A DNA stretch of 64,000 nt from an uncultured delta proteobacterium (GTDB lineage: Bacteria; Desulfobacterota; Binatia; Binatales; Binataceae): NCBI GenBank assembly GCA_963765675.1, contig CAVXXK010000001.1, positions 288,001-352,000 on the forward strand, given 5' to 3'. Shown here piece by piece: positions 39,716-50,198 of the stretch; position 1 is the stretch's first letter, and each line of letters starts with the position of its first letter. Both the position numbers and the translations under genes were made by a program. The notes beneath the pieces are model-generated. The model worked only from the letters and a program-made list of their open reading frames with translations, searched no databases and was not told the origin of the DNA.

Positions 39716-42085
39716 ATGTCCTTACGACGCATTCTCAAGATCGTCCTGCTGAGTGTGGCGATTCTGGCTCTGTTCTGCATTCCGCCGGCGCTTTACTACT
39801 TCAGTATCTATTACCGCGCGCTCGAGCAGGAAGTGGTAACTCGTTTTTCCGGCAAGCGATGGAATATACCGTCGCGGATCTATTCCGATACTACAATCGT
39901 CTATGCCGGCCAGAACCTGGACGATCTCGGGTTCTTCGAACGCCTGGCCCGGCTTAATTATCATCGTACCGATCCGGGCCACGTAACGACCCGCGGCGAG
40001 TACAGCTTCGATGCGAAGCGCGGCGACCTGGTTATCTTCCTGCACAGTTTCGCATATCCATACGGCAACTTCGGCGGACAGCTGGTCTCGATAGCGCTCT
40101 CGAAGGACGACACCATCGAATCGATGAGCGATCCGGTGACCAAAAAGCCGGTGTTCTCGATCGAGCTCGAGCCCGAATTGATTAGCGGCATCTTCGAGGG
40201 TAGTTGGGATCAGCGCCGGTTGGTGCGCCTCAACCAGATTCCGCCGCTGATGGTGGACGCGATTCTCGCCGCCGAGGATCATCGCTTCTACGAGCATCAC
40301 GGCATCGATCCGGTGCGAATCATCAAGGCGGCTATAGTCGATCTGACTTCGCACCATATCCAGCAGGGCGCCTCGACACTGACTCAGCAGTTGATGAAGA
40401 ATTTCTTTCTGACTAATCAGCGCAGCTACAAGCGAAAACTCACTGAAGCGCTGATGGCGTATATAGCGGAACGCAAGTACTCCAAAGATGAGATCCTCGA
40501 GAACTATATAAATGATATTTATCTCGGCAGGCGCGGACAGGAAGGTATCTACGGCGTCTGGGAAGCTTCCGAATACTATTTTTCGAAAGACCCGCGCGAT
40601 CTGACTATTGCGGAAATGGCGACTATCGCCGGAATGATCAGCTCGCCCAACCGCCTGAACCCGCTGCGCCATCCCGAGGACTCCCAGAAGCGGCGCAATG
40701 AGGTTCTCGCCTCGATGCTCCAGTTTGGCTACATCTCGAAGGCCGCCTACGACGGCGCGGTCGTCGAGCCGCTGCACGCGCGCGAGGTCTATGCCGAGGG
40801 CAACGACGCGCCCTACTTCGTCGAGTACGTGAAGAAGGAGCTGGCCGAGCGCTACCCGCCCGAAGTGCTCAACGACGAGGGCCTTAGAATCTTCACCTCG
40901 CTCGACGTGCATATGCAGAAGCTCGCCGAAGCGTCGATTACCCAGAACCTGACCGACCTCGAGACCAAGCATCCCAAGCTCCTGCGCAAGGAAAAAGACC
41001 AGAAGCTCGAGTCGTGCCTGATTTCGCTGGAGCCGCAAACCGGCAAAATTCGCGCGATGGTCGGCGGACGCAATTATCAATCGAGCCAGTTCAATCGGGT
41101 GATTCAATCCAAGCGCCAGCCGGGCTCCGCGTTCAAGCCGGTGACCTACATGGCCGCGTTCCAGGAAACGCTCGAAGGCGGTCCGGTAAAATTCCTGCCG
41201 ACCAGTTACGTCGATGACAGCCCTTGGACCTGGCAGTACGCCGACAACATGAGTTGGTCGCCGCGCAATTACAAGGACCGCTTCTTCGGAAACGTCACGC
41301 TCGAGTTCGCGCTCGAGGAATCGCTCAACGCCGCCACCTCGCGCGTCGCGTATACGATCGGCCTGGACCGCGTGGTCGCGATGGCGAAGAAGCTCGGCTT
41401 CGGCGACCTGCCGGAATATCCATCGATCGTGCTCGGCGGAATCGAGGTCTCGCCGATCCAGCTCGCTCACGCCTACGCGATAATCGCCAACTACGGCCAG
41501 GAGGTCGAGCCCTACGCGGTCACCTCCGTGGTCGATGAAAACGGCAAGGTGATCGAGGGCCACGAGCTCGAAGCCCACCAAGTCGTCTCGCCCGAGCTCG
41601 CATTCATGATGCAGTTCATGATGGAGCAGGTGATTAATCACGGTACCGGTTACGGCGCGCGCCAGGCCGGCTTCATGCGGCCCGCTGCTGGAAAGACCGG
41701 GACTACCAACGACTCGAAGGACGCGTGGTTCGCCGGCTTCACGCCCAATCTGCTGACCGTCGTGTGGACCGGATTCGATCAGAAAGACACGCTCGGGCTG
41801 ACCGGCGCGCAAGCCTCGTTGCCGGCGTGGACCAACTTTATGAAGAAGGCGACGGCGTCGCGCCCCGCACTTGATTTCACTCCGCCGCCGGATATGGTGA
41901 TCGAACGAGTCGATCCGCTGACCGGATGCAAGGCCGCGCCGGGTAACCCGGTTTCAATCGAGGGAGTATTTCCAAAGTCGATGGAACCGGCTGATCCTTG
42001 CCCCGCCAAAGCCACCGGCACGGTTCCCGCCTCGGTACGCGCGATGCCTGAACTGTCGAATCCTGCCACCGATCCCAACGACTGA
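39716..42085 (+). CDS. mrcB: Class A penicillin-binding protein 1B (UB2H-like region, GT51, transpeptidase)
   Basis: RWNIPSRIYS, EDHRFYEHHG, GASTLTQQ, QPGSAFK, SLN, KTGT. Confidence 0.9.
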   Translation: MSLRRILKIVLLSVAILALFCIPPALYYFSIYYRALEQEVVTRFSGKRWNIPSRIYSDTTIVYAGQNLDDLGFFERLARLNYHRTDPGHVTTRGEYSFDAKRGDLVIFLHSFAYPYGNFGGQLVSIALSKDDTIESMSDPVTKKPVFSIELEPELISGIFEGSWDQRRLVRLNQIPPLMVDAILAAEDHRFYEHHGIDPVRIIKAAIVDLTSHHIQQGASTLTQQLMKNFFLTNQRSYKRKLTEALMAYIAERKYSKDEILENYINDIYLGRRGQEGIYGVWEASEYYFSKDPRDLTIAEMATIAGMISSPNRLNPLRHPEDSQKRRNEVLASMLQFGYISKAAYDGAVVEPLHAREVYAEGNDAPYFVEYVKKELAERYPPEVLNDEGLRIFTSLDVHMQKLAEASITQNLTDLETKHPKLLRKEKDQKLESCLISLEPQTGKIRAMVGGRNYQSSQFNRVIQSKRQPGSAFKPVTYMAAFQETLEGGPVKFLPTSYVDDSPWTWQYADNMSWSPRNYKDRFFGNVTLEFALEESLNAATSRVAYTIGLDRVVAMAKKLGFGDLPEYPSIVLGGIEVSPIQLAHAYAIIANYGQEVEPYAVTSVVDENGKVIEGHELEAHQVVSPELAFMMQFMMEQVINHGTGYGARQAGFMRPAAGKTGTTNDSKDAWFAGFTPNLLTVVWTGFDQKDTLGLTGAQASLPAWTNFMKKATASRPALDFTPPPDMVIERVDPLTGCKAAPGNPVSIEGVFPKSMEPADPCPAKATGTVPASVRAMPELSNPATDPND

Positions 42086-42987
42086 TGCACCGCGATTACA
42101 TCGCGCGGCGCGGACGTGCTTTGGCGATCGCCGCCGCGATCGGAATATCTGTCGCGCCGCTGCTTGCCGTCCGACGCGCATCCGGCGCGCCGGTTGTCGT
42201 AGCGCTGGAAGAAGAATCGATCGGCGGGGCGGACCTCACGCCGACTCCGACGGTCACTCCAACTCCCGACGCGAATGGGAACCTGCCGCCGACTCCTTCT
42301 TCCACGCCGTCGGCCACGCCGACGGAAGCTCCCATCTTCGCCGAGCCGACTGCGATGCCGACCTCGAGCGACGAGGCGCCTCCGCTCGACATCGGCGCCA
42401 TCACCCCGACGCTGCGAGTCAGCGACGCTCCGCTGAACGCCGTGATCGCCGCCGAGCCCTCGCCAGCGCGCGCCGCGTCGCTGCGCGCAACCGATAAAGC
42501 ACGCCAGCAGCTCATCGCCAATCATCCGGACGAAGCCATTCGCACGCTAGGAAGCGCGATAGGAATCGATCCGGCAAATCCGTACGCATACTTTTATCTC
42601 GGCCGCGCGTACGTCGCGAAAAAAGACGACGAGCAGGCGCTGAGCTTCTTCAAACGCGCCGAGATCGGTTTCGGATCGAACAACGCCGTATGGCTCAGCG
42701 AGACGCTCGCTTTCGAGGGCCTCACCTACGAGGAATCGTCTCGCATCAATGCCGCCGCGGCCGCGTATCAGCAGGCAATCGCCGCCGATCCCGGCAACCT
42801 GATGGCGCGGGTCGGCTACACTCGAGTTTCGCCGGATGTAACCCCAGTCGCTCCCGCCGCACCCGAAGGTGCGCCTGCCGAATCGGGCATTACCGCGCCC
42901 CCTGCGGGCGACGCGGCGCAGCCGCCTCCGGCCGCGCCGCCGCCGCCCGGTCCGCCCAGCGATGAAGACGCTCCGGCGACCGACTGA
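42085..42987 (+). CDS. Exported TPR protein coupled to mrcB
   Basis: TGATG overlap; N-terminal hydrophobic segment, Pro/Thr linker, TPRs (AIGIDPANPYAYFYLGRAY). Confidence 0.8.
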   Translation: MHRDYIARRGRALAIAAAIGISVAPLLAVRRASGAPVVVALEEESIGGADLTPTPTVTPTPDANGNLPPTPSSTPSATPTEAPIFAEPTAMPTSSDEAPPLDIGAITPTLRVSDAPLNAVIAAEPSPARAASLRATDKARQQLIANHPDEAIRTLGSAIGIDPANPYAYFYLGRAYVAKKDDEQALSFFKRAEIGFGSNNAVWLSETLAFEGLTYEESSRINAAAAAYQQAIAADPGNLMARVGYTRVSPDVTPVAPAAPEGAPAESGITAPPAGDAAQPPPAAPPPPGPPSDEDAPATD

Positions 42988-43044
42988 TTCTTTTCGAGCG
43001 CGCTCGCGCGGACTATTCTCATCTGGGCGGGCACGATCCAAATC

Positions 43045-44049
43045 ATGTTAATTCTTGGAATCGAATCTTCGTGCGACGATGCCGCCGCCGCGATCCTGGA
43101 AACTACGCGCGCCGGCATCGCGACGGTCCGCGCGAGCGCGGTCGCCAATCAGGACGATATCCATCGCGCATACGGCGGTATCGTCCCCGAGCTCGCGTCG
43201 CGCAATCACGTCATCACGATCCTGCCAGTGATCAGCCGCGCGCTCGCCGGCGCCGGCGTGACGCTCGCGCAGATCGAGGGTATCGCGGTGACGCGCGGAC
43301 CCGGTCTGGTCGGCTCGCTGCTGGTCGGCCTGATGTGCGCGAAGGGGATCGCGCAGGCGAGCGGCACTCCGATGGTGGGCGTGAATCATATCGAGGGACA
43401 TCTGCTCGCGCCGATGCTGGAAAACGAAATCGCGATGCCGTATCTGGCGCTGGTGGTCTCGGGAGGCCACACTGCGCTGTTCGCCGTCGAGGATTTCGGG
43501 CGCTACCGCCGCCTCGGCTCGACTCGCGACGACGCCGCCGGCGAGGCGTTCGACAAGGTCGCGAAGTTGATGGGCCTCGGCTATCCGGGCGGGAAAGTGA
43601 TCGACGACCTGGCGCGGCAAGGAAATTCGAAGCAGGTGAAATTTCCGCGCGCCAAGGTACGCGGGGCGCCGCTCGATTTCAGCTTCTCCGGCGTCAAGAC
43701 TGCCGTCGCAACTTTTCTTGCCGGCGCGCCGGGACGCGCCACGGCGCAGCATGATCTGGCGGCGAGCTTTCAGGAAGCCGTCGTCGATATGCTGGTCGGC
43801 CCGACGATCGCGGCCGCGCGCGAGCTTGGCGCCGGCACGATCGCGCTGACGGGCGGCGTCGCCGCGAACTCACGCCTGCGCGCGCGCCTGGCCGACGCCG
43901 GCGCCGCCGAAGGCTTTCGCGTCGTTGCGCCTTCTCTCAAGTACTGCACCGACAACGCCGCGATGATCGCGATCGCGGGAAGCTGGCGTCTGCTGCGCGG
44001 CGAGCGCGACGATCTTTCGATCGACGCGGAAGCGAATCTGAGGCTCTAG
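43045..44049 (+). CDS. tsaD: tRNA N6-adenosine threonylcarbamoyltransferase
   Basis: LGIESSCDD, GGIVPELASR.H, NHIEGH, DDAAGEAFDK, CTDNAAMI. Confidence 0.97.
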   Translation: MLILGIESSCDDAAAAILETTRAGIATVRASAVANQDDIHRAYGGIVPELASRNHVITILPVISRALAGAGVTLAQIEGIAVTRGPGLVGSLLVGLMCAKGIAQASGTPMVGVNHIEGHLLAPMLENEIAMPYLALVVSGGHTALFAVEDFGRYRRLGSTRDDAAGEAFDKVAKLMGLGYPGGKVIDDLARQGNSKQVKFPRAKVRGAPLDFSFSGVKTAVATFLAGAPGRATAQHDLAASFQEAVVDMLVGPTIAAARELGAGTIALTGGVAANSRLRARLADAGAAEGFRVVAPSLKYCTDNAAMIAIAGSWRLLRGERDDLSIDAEANLRL

Positions 44050-44055
44050 CCTTTC

Positions 44056-44952
44056 ATGCGCTCCGCACCAAAATCGCACCGCGCGAGTATCGAGCCTTCC
44101 GCGCCGACGCGCGCAGTGCCCGCCCTGGCGGCAGTCGGCGTCCGCCCGTCCAAATCGCGCGGGCAGAATTTTCTCGTCCAGGCCGCGATCGCGAACCGTA
44201 TCGTCGATACCGCGGCGCTCACGGCAGGCGACGACGTCCTCGAAATCGGTCCCGGCCTCGGAATCCTGAGCGAGCGAATCGCGGCGCGGCCTATCGCGCG
44301 GATTACGATGGTCGAGATCGATCCGCGCCTCGCCGCCCGGCTCCAGGAGCGCTTCGTCGGCGATCGCCGCGCACGAGTCGTCGTCGGAGATTTCCTTGAG
44401 GTTGACCTGTCCGGCGTGTTCGATCGCCGTCCGATCAAAGTGATTGGGAATCTTCCGTTCAACGCCGCCGCCGCGATTTTGCGCCGCCTGTGCGGCGACT
44501 CACGCGCGATCGATTCGATGGTCTTGATGTTTCAGCGCGAGGTCGCCGAGCGTATCCGCGCCCAGCCCGGAGAGTCCGCCTACAGCGCGCTCAGCGTATT
44601 CACCCAACTCTACTTCGAGATCGAATCGCACTTCCGGGTCGGAGCGGGAAATTTTCATCCGCGGCCCAAGGTCGATGCGGAAGTGCTGGTGATGCGCCCG
44701 TATCGCAAGCCGCGATTTCCACTCGGCGACGAAGCGACGGTCCTGCGCACCGTCCGCGCCGCGTTTTCGGCGCCCCGCAAGACACTGCGCAACGCGCTGG
44801 GCCACGCGCTCGGAATCGATTCCGCGAAAATCGAAGCCGCCGTGCGCCGCGCCGCGATCGATCCCGGAGTCCGGGCCGAAACTTTGTCCGCGGACGACCT
44901 GCTGAGCCTTGCGCGCGAGCTCGGCGCCGATCTGAAGATAGCCGATGCCTGA
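44056..44952 (+). CDS. rsmA: 16S rRNA m6,2A1518/1519 dimethyltransferase
   Basis: GQNFL, EIGPGLG, GNLPFN, MFQREVAER, PRPKVD, RAETLS. Confidence 0.95.
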   Translation: MRSAPKSHRASIEPSAPTRAVPALAAVGVRPSKSRGQNFLVQAAIANRIVDTAALTAGDDVLEIGPGLGILSERIAARPIARITMVEIDPRLAARLQERFVGDRRARVVVGDFLEVDLSGVFDRRPIKVIGNLPFNAAAAILRRLCGDSRAIDSMVLMFQREVAERIRAQPGESAYSALSVFTQLYFEIESHFRVGAGNFHPRPKVDAEVLVMRPYRKPRFPLGDEATVLRTVRAAFSAPRKTLRNALGHALGIDSAKIEAAVRRAAIDPGVRAETLSADDLLSLARELGADLKIADA

Positions 44953-45779
44953 ACTTCCGGAAGTCGAATCGCTCCGGCGAATCCTGCGCCGCAGTGCGGT
45001 TGGCCGCGTGATCACCGGCGCGCGAATCAGCCAGATCGCGCTCAGGCGCAAGCCGCCCGGCGAGTTTGCCGCGCAAATCACCGGCCGCAAAATCCGCGAA
45101 ATCGCGCGCCGCGCGAAATATCTAGTCGTCGATCTCGACGGCGACAACGTGATCCTCGTGCATCTCAGGAATGAGCGGCAGCTTGACGCATCGCCGCCCC
45201 GGCTTCGACGGCGCCGACTTCGACCCGCGCCACGACCACATCGAATTTTTTCTCGACGACGGAACCCGCCTGGTGTTCAACGACCCGCGCCGATTCGGAA
45301 TCGTCAAGTTGATGGCGCGCGACGCGATGGCCTCGAGCGCGGAGCTGCGCGCGATCGGCCCCGAGCCTTTTTCCAAAGCCTTCAACGCGAAGTACCTGGC
45401 AGACAAGGCGCGCGGGCGCCGCGCCGCGATCAAGAACCTGATCATGGATCAACGAATCGTCGCGGGCGTTGGAAATATCTATGCTTCCGAAATTCTTTTC
45501 CATGCGCGCGTTCGGCCAACGCGCCGCGCGGGCAAAGTGACCGCCACCGAGATGGAAAAAATCGCCGACTTCACGCGCGAGGTCCTGCGTGCCGCGATCG
45601 GCAGCCGTGGCACCACGTTTCGCAGCTATCGCGATTCGAAAGGACGCCCGGGACGCTTCGCCGCGCGCCTACAGGTGTACGGACGCGAGGGCAAACGCTG
45701 CTACGTCTGCTCCACTCCGATACGCAACGTTGTGGTCGGACAACGCGCGAGCTTCTATTGCCCCAAATGCCAGAAGTAG
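44945..45779 (+). pseudogene. mutM: Formamidopyrimidine-DNA glycosylase, one frameshift (probably sequence error)
   Basis: MPELPEVE, RRAKYL; HLGMSG is broken by an extra A at 45167; DPRRFG, GVGNIYASE, C-terminal zinc finger. Confidence 0.93.
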
Positions 45780-45803
45780 CGCCCGCGACGCGGAGGCCGG
45801 TCG

Positions 45804-47216
45804 ATGCCAAAAGCAATTTCGATTTTCGCGATCCTGGTACTCTGCGCGTTCTGCTCCGCCGCGCGTGCGGCGGATAATCCCGCCCCCGACTGGAAAGCGC
45901 TCGACACCGAGGCGCTCGGCTACTATCAGACCTACCTCCGTTTCGACACGACTAATCCGCCCGACAACACCGTCGCCGCCATCACCTATCTGAAATCGAT
46001 TCTCGACAAGGAACAAATCGACAACCAGACTTTCGTCAGCACCGGCGGCGCGATGTCGCTCGTCGCGCGCCTGCCCGGTCCGGCGGACGTGAAGCCGCTT
46101 CTGCTGATGTCGCATGCCGACGTGGTACCCGCAGTCGCCGCCGACTGGTCGCATCCTCCTTTTTCCGCCGACCTCGACGACGGATTCGTGTGGGCGCGCG
46201 GCGCGATCGACAACAAAGCGCACGGCATCATGGCTCTCGCAACTCTGCTAGCGCTCAAGCGCAATCATGTCGCGCTGCGGCGCGGAGTCGAGATGATGAT
46301 CAATCCCGACGAAGAGGCCGGCGGCGAGGACGGCGCCGAGTGGATGGTGAAAAATCATTGGGACGCGATCGATCCCGCGTTTGCGGTGAATGAAGGCGGC
46401 TCGGCGGGTATCGATCCTTTCGGCGGCTCCGCGCCGATCTTCAAAGTCGCGATCGCGGAGAAGCGCGTGATGTGGCTGCGGCTGACCGCGCACGGACAGT
46501 CCGGACACGGCTCGGTGCCGACCGCCGATAATCCTACCCTGATACTAATCCAGGCGCTCGCGCGGCTGCTCCGGCGTCAGCCCGAGATCCGCGTGATCTC
46601 GCTGATGGCCAATGCCTTCGACGAGATCTCGCCGCACGAAAGATTTCCCGCCTCGTTCGAGCTGGACCATCTGGGGTGGCCCCTCGTGCTCGGATACGCG
46701 CTGCGCGGTCCGCTCCGTACCGACGACATCAGGGCGCTTCTGCGCGACACGATCTCGCCGACGATGCTCCGCGGCAGCCTCAAGATAAATGTGATTCCAT
46801 CGACCGCCGAGGCCGGGCTCGATTGCCGCCTGCTTCCCGGCACCGATGCGAAAGATTTCATGGCTCGGATGCGCGCGCTGCTGAACGACGACCGCATCAC
46901 GATCGATACTTTTCAAGCGCCCGATTCGCCGCCGCCGTCGCCAACCAGCGGCGAGATGTGGGACGCGATCGGCCGCGTGGTCGCCGCCGATTTTCCCGGC
47001 ACCTACGTCGTGCCGTGGATGACCTCGGGCGGAACTGACTCGCGCTTTCTGCGGGAAAAGGGAGTCCCGGCTTACGGCTTTATCCCGATCGTGCTACCGC
47101 CCAGTGAGGAGCGGCGCTTTCATGGCGTTGACGAGCGGCTCTCGGTCGAGAATCTGAACCGCGGAATCAAGGCGACTTACGATCTCGCGATCGATCTCTG
47201 CGCCGCCCGCAAATAG
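45804..47216 (+). CDS. Exported M20/M25/M40 metallopeptidase
   Basis: Signal peptide; SHADVV, RGAIDNK, DEE, NEGG, GHGS, GGTD, HGVDER. Confidence 0.9.
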   Translation: MPKAISIFAILVLCAFCSAARAADNPAPDWKALDTEALGYYQTYLRFDTTNPPDNTVAAITYLKSILDKEQIDNQTFVSTGGAMSLVARLPGPADVKPLLLMSHADVVPAVAADWSHPPFSADLDDGFVWARGAIDNKAHGIMALATLLALKRNHVALRRGVEMMINPDEEAGGEDGAEWMVKNHWDAIDPAFAVNEGGSAGIDPFGGSAPIFKVAIAEKRVMWLRLTAHGQSGHGSVPTADNPTLILIQALARLLRRQPEIRVISLMANAFDEISPHERFPASFELDHLGWPLVLGYALRGPLRTDDIRALLRDTISPTMLRGSLKINVIPSTAEAGLDCRLLPGTDAKDFMARMRALLNDDRITIDTFQAPDSPPPSPTSGEMWDAIGRVVAADFPGTYVVPWMTSGGTDSRFLREKGVPAYGFIPIVLPPSEERRFHGVDERLSVENLNRGIKATYDLAIDLCAARK

Positions 47217-47324
47217 CCCCGCGCTGGCTCCAGGAGCGACTCGGTCATGAGGGTCGCGCGCCGCGCCGACCTAACGGTGGATGCGGCGAACCAACTCAAG
47301 TCCGGAGCTTGACGCCAAAGGCAC

Positions 47325-47518
47325 GCAGAGCAGCACCCTCATCCGGCGCTCCGCGCCACCTTCTCCCGAAGGGAGAAGGCATCATTCGCGGTTTTTTTTG
47401 ATCCCTCTCCCTTCGGGAGAGGGTGCCGCGAAGCGGCGGGTGAGGGTGCTGCTCTGCCCAGGTTGAGCACGATCCAAACTCGGGATTCCTCGCGCGGCAG
47501 CGACGCGCGGGAATGACA
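47325..47518. repeat. REP doublet (CCCTCTCCC..GGGAGAGGG family) plus a GTCATTCC-type REP
   Basis: 17-bp perfect inverted ends GCAGAGCAGCACCCTCA (47325-47341 / 47441-47457); 47481-47518 matches 325-362. Confidence 0.85.
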
Positions 47519-47636
47519 GAAGAGGAACAACCGGCACGCCGCCAAACTCCGATGGCGCTCGCCCGCTCGCGTCCGTAATATCTGGTACTGGAATAATGAT
47601 GTTGGCCGGTCAAACCGGCGATGAGGGGGAGCAAGG

Positions 47637-48464
47637 ATGGACCTGCCGAGCGGAGTTGGCGTAGCGCTGGCGTTCATACTCGGAGCCGTAATCGGTAGCT
47701 TCGCGAATTCGGTGGCGTACCGGATGCCGCGCGATATATCAATCGTCGCGCCGCGCTCGTTCTGCGAGAGCTGCGAGCGCGCGATCCCGTTCTGGGCGAA
47801 TATCCCGATTCTCGGCTATCTCGGCCTGCGCGGGCGATGCCTGATGTGCGGCGCGGCGATTCCGTTTCGCCACTTCATGACCGAGCTCGCGCTGCCGATT
47901 ATCGCGATGTATCTCTATCTGACCTTTCCGCTCGGCGACGCGATCGCGCGCTTCATCCTGTGCACCGCCTTGTTCATCGTTGCGCTGATCGATTACGACT
48001 GGCGCCTGATTCCGAATCTGATCACCTTTCCCGGGATGTTGGTTGGCTTCGTTCTGGTCACGCTGTTCGTTCCCGAGGTCGGATGGAAAAGCTCGCTCAT
48101 CGGAATTCTCGCGGGCGGCGGAGTCCTGTTCCTGACCGGCTTCGTCTACGAGCTGGTCCGCGGACGCGAGGGCGTCGGGATGGGCGACGTCTGGCTGCTC
48201 GGGATGGTCGGAGGATTTCTCGGATGGCCCGGGGTGATCTTCACGCTGTTCTTCGGCTCGATGCTGGGCGCGGTCGGCGGGATCGTCTTCGCGATGACCG
48301 GCGGCCAGACCGCCGCGCCGGTCGCCGACCCCGCCGGCGACCAGGTCGAGGCCGACGCGTCGATCCTGCAGACCACCGTTCCTTTCGGACCCTTTCTGGC
48401 GCTTGCCGCGGGCGCCTTCGCGCTCTTTCAGCCGCAACTCACGCGCTGGTATCTTGGCGGGTAA
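47637..48464 (+). CDS. pilD: Prepilin peptidase / N-methyltransferase (A24)
   Basis: GSF.N..AYRMP, CESC..CLMC, GMGD, VPFGPFL. Confidence 0.92.
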   Translation: MDLPSGVGVALAFILGAVIGSFANSVAYRMPRDISIVAPRSFCESCERAIPFWANIPILGYLGLRGRCLMCGAAIPFRHFMTELALPIIAMYLYLTFPLGDAIARFILCTALFIVALIDYDWRLIPNLITFPGMLVGFVLVTLFVPEVGWKSSLIGILAGGGVLFLTGFVYELVRGREGVGMGDVWLLGMVGGFLGWPGVIFTLFFGSMLGAVGGIVFAMTGGQTAAPVADPAGDQVEADASILQTTVPFGPFLALAAGAFALFQPQLTRWYLGG

Positions 48465-49111
48465 TGGCACAAGGAATTTTCATCACGCTCGAAGGCGTCG
48501 AAGGCTCCGGCAAGACCACCCAGGCTGCGATACTCGCGGACTCGCTGCACGCCGCCGGCCGCCACATAGTGGTCACGCACGAACCGGGCGGCACTCGCGC
48601 CGGCGAGGCGATCCGCTCGATCTTTCTCGATCCCGCCGTCTCGCTCGACGTCGCGGCGGAGTTGCTGCTGGTGCTGGCCGATCGCGCGCAGCACGTGCGC
48701 GAGAAATTGCGCCCCGCCGTCGCCGCCGGCTCAATCGTAATCTCGGATCGCTATTCCGATTCCACAACTGCGTATCAAGGTTACGGGCGCGGTTACGATC
48801 TCAAGCTGCTCTCCGATCTGAACCGGCTCGCAAGCGACGGGATGAAGCCCGAGCTGACTATCGTCCTCGACCTTCCGGTCGAGACCGGCCTCGAGCGTAC
48901 CCGCGCCCGCGCCAAAGGAGCGATCAGCGGGCCCGACCGCTTCGAGGGTGAGGTGACCGACTTCCATCGCCGCGTGCGCGAAGGGTTTCAGGCGATCGCA
49001 CGGGCGGAACCCGACCGCGTCGTGATAATCGACGCGGCGCGCCCGCTCGAAGCCGTCAGCGCCGATATCCTCGCCGCGGCAACCGCGCTCGTCAAACGCC
49101 GATGCCTCTGA
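48464..49111 (+). CDS. tmk: Thymidylate kinase
   Basis: FITLEGVEGSGKTTQ, EPGGT, DRAQH, SDRYSDST.AYQG; TAATG overlap with pilD. Confidence 0.96.
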   Translation: MAQGIFITLEGVEGSGKTTQAAILADSLHAAGRHIVVTHEPGGTRAGEAIRSIFLDPAVSLDVAAELLLVLADRAQHVREKLRPAVAAGSIVISDRYSDSTTAYQGYGRGYDLKLLSDLNRLASDGMKPELTIVLDLPVETGLERTRARAKGAISGPDRFEGEVTDFHRRVREGFQAIARAEPDRVVIIDAARPLEAVSADILAAATALVKRRCL

Positions 49112-50184
49112 CCGGCCTGCGAGCGCATCGCGAGCTGGCCGAGCGCCTGCTCGCGGAGCTTACGTCGCGACCCTCGCACGCCTACCTGTTCTCCGGCCCG
49201 GCCGGCACGGGCAAGAGCCTCGTCACGACCGCGCTTGCGCATGCGATGCTATGCGAGCGCGCGCCCGGCGCGAATTTCTGCTGCATCGCCGAGCGATGCG
49301 CGGTGCGGATGGCGCCCGCGACCGCCGTGCGTCCGCGTTCCGCCGCTGCCGCACCGCGATGCGACTGCTGCGCGGCGTGCGTGCAAGTCGCGTCGGGGAC
49401 GCATCCGGATTTCATCCGGATCGGCCGCGCCGCCGGGCGCAGCGACGTGCTGATCGAGCAGGTGCGCACGCTGATCGCGCAGCTCGGCGTCAAGCCTTCA
49501 CGCGCCGGCGCGCGGATCGCGATTATCGACGACGCCGAGACCCTCAACCTGCCCGCGCAAAACGCGCTGCTCAAGACTCTCGAGGAGCCGCCCGGCCACG
49601 CGATCATCTTCATGATCACCTCGTCGGAACGCGCGCTGCTCGATACCGTGCGCTCGCGGATGCGCGCGGTGCGGTTCGGCGCTCTGGCGCCCGCCGATAT
49701 CGAGGCGATTTTATCCGCCCGCGGTGCCGGCGCTTCCGCCAACCGTGCCGCCGCGGCGCGCCTGGCGCGGGGCAGCGCGGCCCGCGCGATCGCCCTTCTG
49801 GACGGCGACGCACCGCCGATGAAAGACCTGCTCGCCGCGATCGGGCGCGCCCGCTCGCTCGACTTTGCCGGCGCCCAGCAGATCGCGCAGGAGTACTTCA
49901 AGACTCGCGACGAGGCGGCCGGCCACTTCGAGTTGATTGCGCGGATGCTCGAAGAAATACTATGTCTCAAGCTGCTCGGGGCGGATGAAATACCGGAATC
50001 GAAGGACGAAGAAGCGAAATTGATAAAACAGCTCGCCGGCGTTCTGGAGACTCGCGCGATCGTCGATTGTCTCGCGGCCGCGGTGAAGGCGCGCACCGCC
50101 GTCGACGCGATGGCGAATCCGCGGATGCAGGCCGAGCAATTCTGGATGACCGCCGCCGAGGCGATTCGCGAAAGATCCGAGTGA
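49102..50184 (+). CDS. holB: DNA polymerase III delta-prime subunit
   Basis: HAYLFSGPAGTGK, C..C..C, HPD, AQNALLKTLEEPP, TVRSR; follows tmk. Confidence 0.9.
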   Translation: MPLTGLRAHRELAERLLAELTSRPSHAYLFSGPAGTGKSLVTTALAHAMLCERAPGANFCCIAERCAVRMAPATAVRPRSAAAAPRCDCCAACVQVASGTHPDFIRIGRAAGRSDVLIEQVRTLIAQLGVKPSRAGARIAIIDDAETLNLPAQNALLKTLEEPPGHAIIFMITSSERALLDTVRSRMRAVRFGALAPADIEAILSARGAGASANRAAAARLARGSAARAIALLDGDAPPMKDLLAAIGRARSLDFAGAQQIAQEYFKTRDEAAGHFELIARMLEEILCLKLLGADEIPESKDEEAKLIKQLAGVLETRAIVDCLAAAVKARTAVDAMANPRMQAEQFWMTAAEAIRERSE

Positions 50185-50198
50185 AAGCGGAGTGAAAT

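Noticed and set aside
38230-41812. Long minus-strand ORFs of 516 and 696 aa (similar shadows at 12846-14477, 21612-23087 and 58217-59899)
   Set aside because: They lie antisense to well-supported genes, as expected from high-GC codon bias, and carry no motifs.
45160-45175. Programmed frameshifting in mutM or the other split genes
   Set aside because: No slippery sequence or stimulatory structure; scattered +1 insertions fit sequencing error better.
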